Shown here: positions 10,901 to 23,100 of the stretch, one piece after another | How the letters are laid out: the number at the start of each line of letters is the position of its first letter | Numbering within the stretch: the first letter of the stretch is position 1 | Source: Mobula birostris | Taxonomy: Eukaryota | DNA: 64,000 nt | Assembly (NCBI RefSeq): GCF_030028105.1 | Contig: NC_092380.1 | Coordinates: 98,881,899 to 98,945,898, forward strand | Reading direction: 5' to 3' | Made by a program: the position numbers and the translations under genes | The notes under the pieces: generated by a model | Seen by the model: the letters and a program-made list of their open reading frames with translations, nothing else | Database searches by the model: none | What the model was told of the DNA's origin: nothing

Positions 10901-13900
10901 TGAATAAAATGGCCATGGAATGTATACTGGACATTGCACTAGGTTTTGTTTTGCTCTGTTTTAATTGGCCAGAGCCACCTAAACGTGAACATTAAAACAG
11001 AAGACAAATCCTGAAGATCCACAATACCCATGTTCACTCCAAGCTTGAATTTGACTACTTAGGAAATGTCAGGAGGTGAGAAACAAATTGAAAACAGGTT
11101 GATGTAGCATACAACAGAAGTAATTCAGATGGACCAATGCTTTCAACACCTTCTACTTCTAAGACTATGCTTGCCAAGGGTTCCCCCAGGGAATCAGAAG
11201 AGGAATAATGATCAAGAATAAAGCCCATCCTAAAATAACAGGCCCTTCTCAGGAAATGTATACAATGCAAAACATCTCCTCTAGCCAAGGTGCCATCAGC
11301 TGAACAATGACTTACTCTAGTCCTCCATTCCTTGTATGAAGTTGACATGAAGAAATACTTCAAGTATTTAATTTCAACATTCCCACTTACAGCCTATTTT
11401 ATTTTATATTTTCACCAATACAAGACTGAGGGAAATAAATTTAGTAAAACTTTAGTGACTGTGGTTATAAACTGATGCCAAACTGCACTTTATCAACCCT
11501 AATATCACTTTTTCCCAGATCCCTTTATTTTTAACAGACACTTGAATTTCCATTACGTTACTCCCATAATCCTTTGCCCAAGTATGCATTATTTTCATTC
11601 TTTAGTTGAGAACTATAAGACCAAAGTTGACTTATTGAAATGAGTGTTCTTACAGTTTATGAACTACAATGGGTCAGCAACAGAATTATTAGACTTCAAG
11701 CTGTGGGCCTACTTACCTGAAATGGATGACCAACATCAACAATAATCGAAAATACAATATAAATGCTGAACTCTAGCATTTAGAGCTGAATGGAATATGT
11801 AGTGAGGTATCCAGGAATATCAGTTTGGAACATAATACTTACACATTTGCACAATGATAGGTTAACATGCTTAAGTCTGCAAATAGTAACAGATCTAGTG
11901 GCAAGTGAAAATATCAGCTCAATAACTACATCAAATCTTTGTGCAGAACAAGTGTAAGCAGTCAAACAAAAAGCTTTATTTGCTGAAAAGCATAACAAGG
12001 AAAAAAAAATAAGATATGATATTAAACTCTAGTAAGATTCAACCTCAAATGTTTTGCCTTGTGGGTTGTATATCTATACCTGCATAGAGCTAAACTTTAG
12101 TGAATTTATAAAGGGCCTGGTCAGACTACCAAATGTACCTCATCAGCTTTATTCTCCTTCTTTACCACTTCTGCCAGACAAACTGCACCTTTGCACAGAA
12201 GTTACAAAGAAGAGGAAGTTCGTTGTTTTGAACATCATGTGTTCTCATTGATCTCCCACTCAAGCCATAATCTCGTGCAGTAATTTGCTGTGTTTCACAT
12301 CCCTTTGGTGCTGTTTCCTTGGACTTAACGCACGCCTGGTCGCTTAACCATCAACACTTAACAGCTTCATAACTTTCATGAAAAATAACCCGCTGCTCTC
12401 TAATCTTAAATCAATGACATCTGATCCTATATCTAATCTAGACCTTCTATTTCTTTCTGTTTTTTCATCCCTTCATAGTTCTATACACTTAGTAAATCAC
12501 ACCTTAATTCCCTTTTGGCCTCAGTATTTCAAGAAATTCATCTGGATTAAGCAACACAATATTCTGTTTGAAAATCTCATTTTCCTGCTTATAATTATTT
12601 ATTTTTCATTTTGATCATTCTTTCTTCTTTTTATTCCTTTTCCATGCTGGTGCAGAAAGTAACATGCCATGCAAAATATTGTTGCATCATGTGCCAATAA
12701 TCAGTTTCACTGAGCCAAGGCTTGGACTTCTTTTGCATGTTCCACTTGACTGCAACAGAACAAGTTGGTTGTAACATTGAGGGGCAAAGGGCAGGAGGTG
12801 GCTGACAGACAACAGGCCCAAATGAGGCTAAGGTGAAGGGGTAAGGTTCCACTGCATGGTGTTTGGAGCCTGGTGAGAAGGTGTGGGAAAAGTGATTGGA
12901 TCCTAGAGAGATTGTGGCACGAGAGAGATCGGGATTGCGATATTGGGGCTAGATCCTGAGATTCATCGTTAGCTGGAGACACAGGGAAGAGGGGGATATA
13001 AGTACACAATAAAATTTACCTCAGTGGAAAAGAAGTGATAGTATAATGCAGTTGTCATGGAAGTACCCATAAACTGGTAACATGGACTCTACCTGTGAAG
13101 CAATAGCAAATGTCATGCAAGGGTGATTTATATTGGGAAGTGCATAATCTAATTTCCACAGAGACACAAAATGGTTTGGAAAAGGTGATTATTGTGTTTC
13201 ACTTGGAAAAGTCCATTTTCAACTGAAATGAACAGTGTTAGATGATTTTATTTTAAGCTGTTAGATAACTCATGTTTCATAATGTTCATGAAATTGTTTT
13301 CCTATATCAATTGACTACTTTTATTTTCTTTCATCCGATTGAAAATTCTCACTTCCCTATTTACCTATCCTCTCACTTACTCCCTTTTCTTTAGTTAGCT
13401 TTGAAAAAGTAACACTGCTTGTTCAAATATTTTCTAAACATGGAATCAGTTGAAAATTTGGCCTATAACCCTGCTATCTGCAGAACCTATGGTGATGGGA
13501 AGCTGGTGCTTTTTGACTGCAAAGATTGTACACTTTCTTAAAACAAAGTTTTCAGGATCACTTTGGTTATTATACCCATAATTATATAACTCAAATTAAA
13601 TATTCTGAATCCTACTTTAAAAGTCACAACTCAGAATTTTTTGAGAAAAAGCTAGCTAACGACTTAAATAAATTTCAAAATCCTATTATAAAGTTACACT
13701 CATCCATTTACAAACTTACCAATATTTTATCTAAGCTTTTATGACCTTGCCAGTGACAATCATATCCTGTAAATCAGTTCAACAAAATGATGACAAATAC
13801 TCGAATTATTTTATTTGAAGCAGCACCACTGTTTTGGAAAAACATTAAGATATCATCTGGTGAAGGTTTTACATACTGAATCAAAGATACCAAAACAGGA

Positions 13901-14074
13901 AAGCGTGTGATTATAGATATGGTATTAACGAAAACAACAGTGCATGGCCTGTTGTATTTTTGTTCTGGTTTTTGTTTGGTCTGTAAGGCATTGAAAAGTT
14001 TCAACACCATCAGGAGATGAAACAATATTTCATCATGCCCTCTCTTACATTAAGATAATTTTTGCTCAGAATGA

Positions 14075-14360
14075 CCCTGTGGCACAATTGATAGAGTTGC
14101 TGCCTTACAATATCAAGGTCACAGGTTCATTTCTGGCCTTGGGAGCTGTCTGTGGAGTTTGCAAGTTCTTTTTTGGGACCGTGCAGATTTTTGGCAGCTG
14201 TAAACTGCCAGCAGTGAGTTGGTGGGTATTAGAATCTGAAGTGAATTGAAGAGAATGTGAGTAGAACAAAAAATAGGATTAACATAGGATAAGTGTAAAA
14301 TGGCTGGCTGGTGGGTGGTGCGGACCCAGTGAATCACCTCTGTGCCATATCTTACTATGA
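14075..14360 (+). mobile_element. V-SINE
   Basis: tRNA-like head with GGTTCATTTC, then TGTGGAGTTTGCAAGTTCT and a CR1-like tail. Confidence 0.6.
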
Positions 14361-14796
14361 TTTTGTAAGTATAGAACTTTTTGCCAATTTTTAACTCTTG
14401 TCTTCTTTACATAATCCACAGACTTTATAAAACTCCAAACCAGTGTCAGCTAATCACTAGTTGGTGACTTATTTAGTTTTGCCAACTACTATTTTCAACC
14501 ACATCAATGTTCTATATTATGGGCCATGACACTTCACCTTAGTACATCACTAAAACAAGCAAAATCCTGATTTATTGTTGCTATCAGAAGAAGGGCCAGA
14601 GTGTCCTCATAATGGAACAAGGATCAGCAAAGAGTCAAATGACTCAGGCTCTTCTTCACATCCAACATGTGAAACAGAAAATTTAGATGCAATAGGCAAT
14701 AAGGAGTCAAACATCAGAACAGTAACATCTCTTGTCAAAGAGAGGACTGTGATTCCTATGTTTTGCCAAACTGTGCACTTAAATATCATATATTTA

Positions 14797-15333
14797 GAGT
14801 ACTGTGCAAACTTTTTAGGCACACACACACACATATACATATATATATATATATATATATAGCTGGGTGCCTAAGACTTTTGCACAGTACTGTAATAATT
14901 TTATGCAATGCATTGTACTGCTGCTGCATAAAAAAAACAAATTTCATGACATATGTGAGTGATGGTAAACCTGATTCTGATATGGGACTCTGTTGTGGGC
15001 TGAGAGTGGGAAGGAGGCAGGGAGAGGGGAATCACGGTTGGGAAAAGTGAAAGGGAGAGGGAGAGGGGAGGGAGTGAGAAGCACCAGAGAGACATTCTGT
15101 AATGATCAATAAGTCGATCGTTTGGAATCAAATGACCTTGCCTGGTGTCTCAGGGCTGGGTGTGTCTGAGCCTGTGCCACCCCATAACCAACCCCCCGCC
15201 CACCACCCAACATACCCAATATCTTTTGCTCTCACCAGATTTGCTCTCCACTGCACGTTGACAGATACTGTACTGTGTAAAAGTCTTATGCACCCTAGCT
15301 ACATATGTGTGCCAAACCTTTTGCACAGTACTG
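14797..15333. mobile_element. Tc1-type MITE, composite structure with internal (CA)n/(TA)n microsatellite
   Basis: Termini (G/C)AGTACTGTGCAAA...TTTGCACAGTACTG flanked by TA (14795-96, 15334-35); inner copies of the same TIR at ~14867-14892 and ~15266-15293. Confidence 0.8.
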
Positions 15334-15335
15334 TA

Positions 15336-16552
15336 CAGTGGCATGCAAAAGTTTGGGCACCCCTGGTCAAACTTTCCATTACTATGAATAGCTAAGCGAG
15401 TAAGAGATGACCTGATTTCCAAAAGGCATGAAGTTAAAGGTGACACATTTCTTTAATATTTTAAGCAAGATTACATTTTTATTTCCAGCTTTTACAGTTT
15501 CAAAATATCAAAAAAGGAAAAGGGCCTGAAGCAAAAGTTTGGGCACCCTGCATGGTCAGTACTTAGTAACACCCCCTTTGGCAAGTATCACAGTTTGTAA
15601 ACACTTCTTGTAGCCAGCTAAGAGTCTTTCAATTCTTGTTTGGGGGATTTTCGCCCATTCTTCTTTGCAAAAAGCTTCTAGTTCTGGGAGATTCTTGGGC
15701 CGTCTTGCATGCACTGCTCTTTTGAGGTCTATCCACAGATTTTCGATGATGTTTATTTTGGGGGACAGAGGGCCATGGCAAAACCTTCAGCTTGTGCCTC
15801 TTCAGGTAGTCCACTGTGGATTTTGAGATGTGTTTAGGATCATTAACCTGTTTGTAGAAGCCATCCGCTTTCCACCGTCAACTTTTTTTCCAGATGGTGT
15901 GATGTTTGCTTCCAGAATTTGATGTTATTTAATTGAATTCATTCTTCCCTCTACAAGTGAAATGTTCAAAAAGTTCTATTCAAAAAGTTCAAAGGAACAT
16001 ATAAACAAGCCTGATGCATTTTGGAAACAAGTCCTGTGGACTGATGAAGTTAAAATAGAACTTTTTGGCTGCAATGAGCAAAGGTATGTTTGGAGAAAAA
16101 AGGGTGCAGAATTTCATGAAAAGAACCCCTCTCCAACTGTTAAGCACAGGGGTGGATCGATCATGCTTTGGGCTTGTGTTGTAGCCAGTGGCACGAGGAA
16201 CATTTCACTGGTAGAGGGAGGAATGAATTCAATTAAATATCAGCAAATTCTGGAAGCAAACATCACACCATCTGTAAAAAAGCTGAAGGTGAAAAGAGGA
16301 TGGCTTCTACAACAGGATAATGATCCTAAACACAACTCAAAATCCACAATGGACTACCTCAAGAGGGGCAAGCTGAAGGTTTTGCCATGGCCCTCACAGT
16401 CCCCAGAAATAAAAAAGTAATCTTGCTTAAAATAGTAAAGAAATGTGTCATTGTTAACTTCATGCGTTTTGGAAACAGGTCATCTTTTACTCGCTTAGCT
16501 ATTCACAGTAACAGAAATTTTGACCGGGGTGCCCAAACTTTGCATTCCACTG
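15336..16552. mobile_element. Rearranged (fold-back) Tc1 element with two inverted transposase fragments
   Basis: TIRs CAGTGGCATGCAAAAGTTTGGGCACCCC / GGGGTGCCCAAACTTTGCATTCCACTG with TA flanks; minus-strand fragment ~15555-15966 and plus-strand fragment ~15990-16405 (WTDEVK..QDNDPKH..WPSQSP). Confidence 0.92.
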
Positions 16553-17030
16553 TATATCAAACAGATTTCTGAAGAAAGTCAAGTTAGATAACAGTCAATT
16601 TGAATGAAGGTGCAAACTTCAATCTTCAACCGGAAGCATTTTCTGTGTGCTTTAAACTACTTCTCACTGTGTTCTGAAATATTTGGAATTTTTATCAGAA
16701 TATCACTTTGCAAAAAACAGAATGATTAAAATCAACCAATAAAATGAATGAAACTGAAGATCATATAAAATAGCAATTTCTACCAATAACAAAATTACCA
16801 TATGGATTCAAACCTGCATTCATGAGCTTGAAGATGAGAGGAATCAAATCTTGCAAAATGAGTAAAATTACTACTGCTCAGCATTAACATTTTAAGTTAT
16901 CGCATTCCCTTTGGGGTGTAAAAGTGTAACAGAGAAGGCAAATGCTCAGTTAGTCTAAGTGTTATTGTTAATGAAATCGGCATTAAATCACTTGGCCCTT
17001 CCCCATTCACCCCTCATAATGCTTACTTAC

Positions 17031-17105
17031 ATTGGCAGACAACTGCGTTGTCAATGCTGCTACTTTCTCTTGGGAAACATCCAGCTCTCGGCGAAGTTTG
17101 CGGAT
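17031..17105 (-). CDS. NAV2: NAV2 internal exon, 75 nt, phase 0/0 (start of coiled coil)
   Basis: Acceptor ggtttgcag|ATC; donor AAT|gtaagt; encodes [25 protein letters not shown]. Confidence 0.94.
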
Positions 17106-20100
17106 CTGCAAACCGAAAGCAAAAAAAAACTTGCAAACTTGAAGATAGGAAAAATGGAACAAGAGTAAACTATTCAACTACTGGAGACGCTTAGTGAAAT
17201 CATGGCTGAACTTTTGTTTAACTCTGCATCCCTAAATGCATAATATTTTTCATTAACAGAGAAGATTTAAAGTTAGTTGAACTGTGTTAAGATCCTGCAC
17301 TGAAAATTCAACATATCTAAAATAGATGTACACCGCAGTTCTGTGACACCTGCAATAGGATGTTGAATCCATCCACTTCAAGCAACGCTTACACCATATG
17401 AGACATAGTGTAATCAACTCTCTTGTTGGTTCCACAGATTTCAATCAACTATTTTTTTACTAAAATAAATTATGAATATGATTCCCATCCACTTTTCTAC
17501 TCTGCTTTTTTCTCTCTCCTTTATGCTGCTGATTTCAAGTCTACATCCTCAAATTGATATCCTATCACTGAGTTGATGGCCTATACTCCCTGTAAGTTTA
17601 AAAGGTAATTTCCTTCCTGAGTTCCTCCAGCATTTTGTGTATGTTGCTTTGGATTTCCAGTGAGTTCTTCCAGCAATCTGTGTGTGTTGCATCCTATTAC
17701 TGTTACAGTTTTTTGTGTCATAATTTTTGAAAGTGTGTGGAATGGGCTGCTGTGGAAAGTGCTGGAGGCAGATACGATAAGAGACTCCTGGATAAGTACA
17801 TGGAGCTTAGAAAAATAGAGGGCTATGTGTAACCCTTGGCAATTTCTAAAGTAAGTACATGTTCAGCACAGCTTTGTGGGCCAAAGGGCCTGTATTGTGC
17901 TGTAGGTTTTCTATGTTTCTAAAACATGAAAGATCTTTATCAAGTCAAGTTCGGGTGAAGCAAACTTAACCCAATTAAAGAAAACGTTTCAATGTCTTGC
18001 AACAATTACAAGTTTCAGTCTTGCTAACATTCTGTGAATCTAAAATGGAACATGTTCATGACCTCAAAACTTTTCTAACCATGTGACATCTACAACTATT
18101 CAATAAATGGTGGGACCCTGGTGAGCAATGAGAAGATGAAGAAAGGATACAGACCATATGCAAACAGATGTACAGGTATCATGGTCAGCAGAAACATGGA
18201 AGGCTGAAGGGCCTGTTCCTATGCTATATTGTTCTATAATCCATACACAATATTAGCAACAGCCTTTTATTTTACCTCTTGGCTTTACAAAAACGTCCCC
18301 AGCAACTTCACAGTAATGCCATGCTGAATTAGGACAAATGACTTTCTCTTATTTGAAGAAGGAAGTGAAGTGAAGAGGTTTAGTGAGAGAATTCCACAGC
18401 TTAGGACATGGTAGCTAAAGCTACTGCCAGTAATGATGTGAGTAAGTGATCTGCAGGCATTTGGTGGAAGATCCATTCAGAAATAATATCATGGATGTGG
18501 GTCTCCGTCTGAAATCATGTAATACCCAAAGGGTCCTGACTAGGTCCTCCGTAAGTTGATAACGATCTCCTTAATTTTGCTTCCATTGCCACAGTATGCC
18601 CGTGTACGTGCTTGCACACACATATACACACACGCACAGAGTTCTGTTTACTTCATTCATGGCTATATTTCTTTCTGTGTCCATTTACAAGGGAACCCTC
18701 GTTTCCATCGATTTAATTGATAATTATTCAATAATTATCAAACCAAGATAATTTATTTGCATAATGAGCAACTGTTCACTTAAGGTACAGGATGTGAACT
18801 TCTCTCCACAATCCAGGAAATTTCCTTTAAACCCAGCTCTGTCCTATGTCTTTTCCATTTACTTACTCATATAGTTAAATACTTACAATTTCAAAGAGCA
18901 CCTTAACCATATTTTTCTCAAGTAATATTTTATGCAAAATATCTTTTTTAATCCACATAAACAATGACTCTGTTTTTTATTGATTTCTTGTATTTTATGA
19001 AAGCATTTACAAAACATAGGAGCTACCTTATGTAAATTGTGTGCACTGACCCAGTTCATGCATCTGGATGCAGTTCCAAGTTTCATTCTGCATCATGAAC
19101 AATCAATATTTAACAATCAATTTCAAATGTTTGAATTATATTTAAAGTTATCTTACCTCTGACTGCGACTTTTCCTCTGGCTAAAATAAAACAAGAAAAA
19201 AAAAGAGGTTACTCTTTTCCCCAAGAAATGCAAATATAAAAAACACTGTCCAGTGAGGGAGTATTTAAATTTTGGAAAAGTGATTTTGCTACATTTGTGG
19301 AGTTAATTCAGTAACTTATTCCTTTACTAGGTTTGATTTAGCAATGACTAAATGATGAAGGACCTCAACCCGAAACGTTGACTGTCTACTCTTTTCAATA
19401 GATGCTGCCTGACCTTCTGAGCTCCTCCAGCATTTCATGTGTGTTACTCAAAAAAGTGACTTCTCTGGTTTCCTTTGCCCTGTCACAAATAAGAGAAAAT
19501 CTGCAGATGCTGGAATTCAAAGTAATACACACAAAATGCTGGAGGAAGCGAGCAGGCCAGGCAACATCTAAGGAAAAGAGTAAATAGTCAACATTTTCAG
19601 CTGAGACTTCATCAGGACTGGCCTGTGTTTGGCTAAAAAGCAATAATGATGCACGTTTTCACTTATTGGCAATCTTCAGCTCCCAGGAATTCACCCTTCG
19701 TTCACAAATCCTGTACATTAAAGTTATCAGCTTTATACATTCTTCCAGATTGTATGCATCTCTAACTATACACATTTGATGGGTCTAGGGCTGTACTTGT
19801 TGGACTTTCGGAAAATAAGGTGGAATATCATTGAAAACTCTGGAATATTGTAAGGCCTAAATAGAGTGAATGTGGAGAGGATGTTTCCTATAGTGGGGAG
19901 TCCAGGACCAGAGGGCATAGCCTCCAACTAGAAGATGATGAGGATTTTTTTTTTTAGCTAAAAGGTGGTGAATCTGTGGAATTCATTGCCACAGATGGCA
20001 GTGGAGGCCAAGTCATTAGGATATATTTAAGGCGAAGGTTCATAGTGTCTTGATTAGTCAAGGTGCCAAAGATTACGGGGAGAGGCTGGAGAATGGAGTT

Positions 20101-23100
20101 GAGCAGGATAATAAATTAGCCATGATGGAATGGCAGAGCTGACATGATGGGTCTTATGGCCTAATTTTGCTCCTATGTCTTGTTGTCTTATGTTCTAATT
20201 AAAGTATGCTCTCGTCTCTGGTTTTATAGCAGCTCAAATTTCAATAATGTAATCATCCCTAGCATTGTGGATTCAATGTCACGGCTGCTTGATAGTTGGC
20301 ACGGACATTGTCAGTGAAGGGTTTGTTTCCATGTTGTACGGTTGTTCAAATTCTAAAGAGCTTGACATAATTACATTGGCAGCAGAGGTGTTCATTCTTT
20401 TGAGTGATCAAAGTCAATTTCTCCATGTGGTTAAACAATGGGTCAATGGAAGAGAGGAGACAAATGCAATATTCCCTCAAGCTCAGTGTAATGGTGCTGT
20501 CATCTGCTCCTGCTGAATGATGAGGAAAAACTAGTCAAATTGAATTATGGCCTTTGGGCAATCAGTTCTGATGGCGGGCAGCAAAAAACTAATGTCGCTG
20601 ATGTGTTTGAGTTCAGTAAAAATCCCATTATAACCTTCCACGGTCTCCGTAAACCAGTTTTAGTGGACAGTGCAAGGGCACTATCTCTTTCCCCTTTCCC
20701 TGATATCAAGCTTATTTTTTTTTTCTCTTACCCAGACACCCAGGAGTACAATGAAGAACACACAAAAAGGAGAGTTTGCTTTGCTACTGTTAACTCAGAT
20801 TACTGGAGTTTTAATTTAGCCTTTAAAAACCACTTATTGGCCTCCTTCTAAAGGATGTAAAGGACAAGAATCTCGACCTTCCCCCCCCCCCGCCAAATCT
20901 TGGCTGCTTCAATGCATTCCAATTTCAATGCACATGAGTCAAACTGATCTGAAAGAATTTTGCCGAATTGCATTACCACAAATTCACCATCATACATGTT
21001 GCCACTTGGAATGGCTGAAGGCACAAGTAAACATTTAAAAAATGTATCAATTAATTTGCCCAGACACTCAAACTGAGTTCAAATGTCTAATGATGTGAAA
21101 ATTAAAATTGCAATCCAATATGTGGGGTGCCCACGTGAAAAAGATGATGTGAGACTTCTGAATGCACATTGGAGTTCTACACAACAACAGCATGCTTCTG
21201 CTGGAATTAATATGTAGAGAACTCCAGGTCCCTTCCCAGGTCACCACCGAACAGTCAACAGAGTTGAGATGTGAAAAGTACCTCATCTGGTACCACGACG
21301 GACGGCAGCTGATACCGTTACTTAGAAATATATTTTCAAAATGTTGTTGTTCATCAGTTTTATGCCCTTCTCTGTGACATATTGCACTTAAGTCGTACAA
21401 CAACTTGAAATTATTAGATTCTGAGGTGTTTTACAGGGTAGATCCTGAGAGGGTGGATGGGAAGAGGATGTGTCCTTTGGTGAAGAAGTCTAGGACAAGA
21501 GGGTACAGCCTCAAAATAGAGGGACATCAATTTAGAACAGAGAAGATGAGAAATATCTTTAGTCAGAAGACAGAGAATCAGTGGTTGTTAGAGGCCAGGT
21601 TACTGGGTGCATTTAAGGTTGATAGGTTCCTGATTAGTCAAGGCATGAAAGGTTATGGGGAGAAAGCAAGAGAATAGGGGAATAAGGGAAATGATTAAAT
21701 GGTGGAGAAGACTTGATAGGCCGAGTGGTCTAATTCTGCTCCTATATCTTATAGTCTAGGGTGTTTCACTTCATATGGATTATTGAACCAGGAGGCTGTT
21801 TCAGAGTAAACAGTTGCCCATATAAGGCAGAGATGAGGAAGATTTTCATCTTTTAGAGAGTCGTGAGTTTTTGGACTCTCCTAAGAGATCACTGAATACA
21901 TTCAAGGCAGAGATGAATTTTTGCTCTATAGGGTTGTTAAGGTTCATGTAAAACACACAGCAAGTGGAGCTAGTCAAGATCAGATTAACCATGACCTTCT
22001 TGAATGGTGGAGCAAGGTCAAGGGCTGTGCAGCTTGCTCTTGCTCCAAATTATGCACATCGCATGAAAGGAACATCGATCGCATGGATATGAAGTTAACT
22101 AACAGATAACAGATGGTTGTGGCGAATAGTTGTTTGACAGACGAACATTCCCTGAGGATATGAGTTAGAGCCATTGCCAGATTTGGTATATATTATTATT
22201 AATTGGGGGCACAAGTCACAATTTGTAAATTTGCAAATGATTTTAAACTTGGTAGCAGAGTGAACAGCACAGTGGACAGTGACAAATTGCAGGAGAATAT
22301 TAATGGACTGGTAGATGAAGTTTAATGCAGGGAAATTAGTATTTGGCTGCAGAAAACTGTAGCCATCCAAGACTGCATGACATACAAGCAGCCTGAAAGT
22401 GCCCAGGCAGTAGCCAGAGAGGTGGTGTGGTCAGGCTGGCTGCTGTCTCCATTCAGAAGAACTGTTTGTAGACGAAGAGGAGAGAGTCCAAAACAAAGCC
22501 CTGAGAAATAGTAACAATTTGGATATACTATACTTATGACTGAATGGATATGGGGAGAAGGCAGGAAATCGGGGCTGAGAGGGAAATGGACCAGCATGAT
22601 GAACTGGTGGAGCAGACTCGATGGACCAAGATGGACTAATTCTGTTCCTTTATCTTATGGTCTTAAGAACTGGATGTACTACTGAGCTGAACCTCAAAGG
22701 TGCAGTGAAAGAAAGGATTACCGTAACTCCTTTTCAGAAATTGACAGGGCAAAGGAGGATAATAAGTCCAGTTGAAGGACAGTGTTGAAACTTCGGTTAA
22801 GACCACAACTGATGTGTCAGGGCTTGAAACCCAAATAGAGAAAATTTCACAAAGATGATGCACTGCTGAACTCAGATTTAGGATAGATACCTTCAGTCAT
22901 GTTGGAAAGGAAAGGGAGACTGATGAAGACATCAGAGTTTACGAGGTGGAAGGACTGGAGGGTGGGAATTGTGCAGTAGGCCGTGAAATAACAGCAACAG
23001 AAGAATAACTGGTGAAGGGAAATCATTTTTATTTCAACCAGTATGGGGCCTGGGGTTGTGAAATTGGTGGTTGCTAGTTCACTGGCAATGAGGGTCAAGA

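Noticed and set aside
15962-16420. Active transposase gene
   Set aside because: Internal fragment lacking the DNA-binding domain and the catalytic E; part of the rearranged Tc1.
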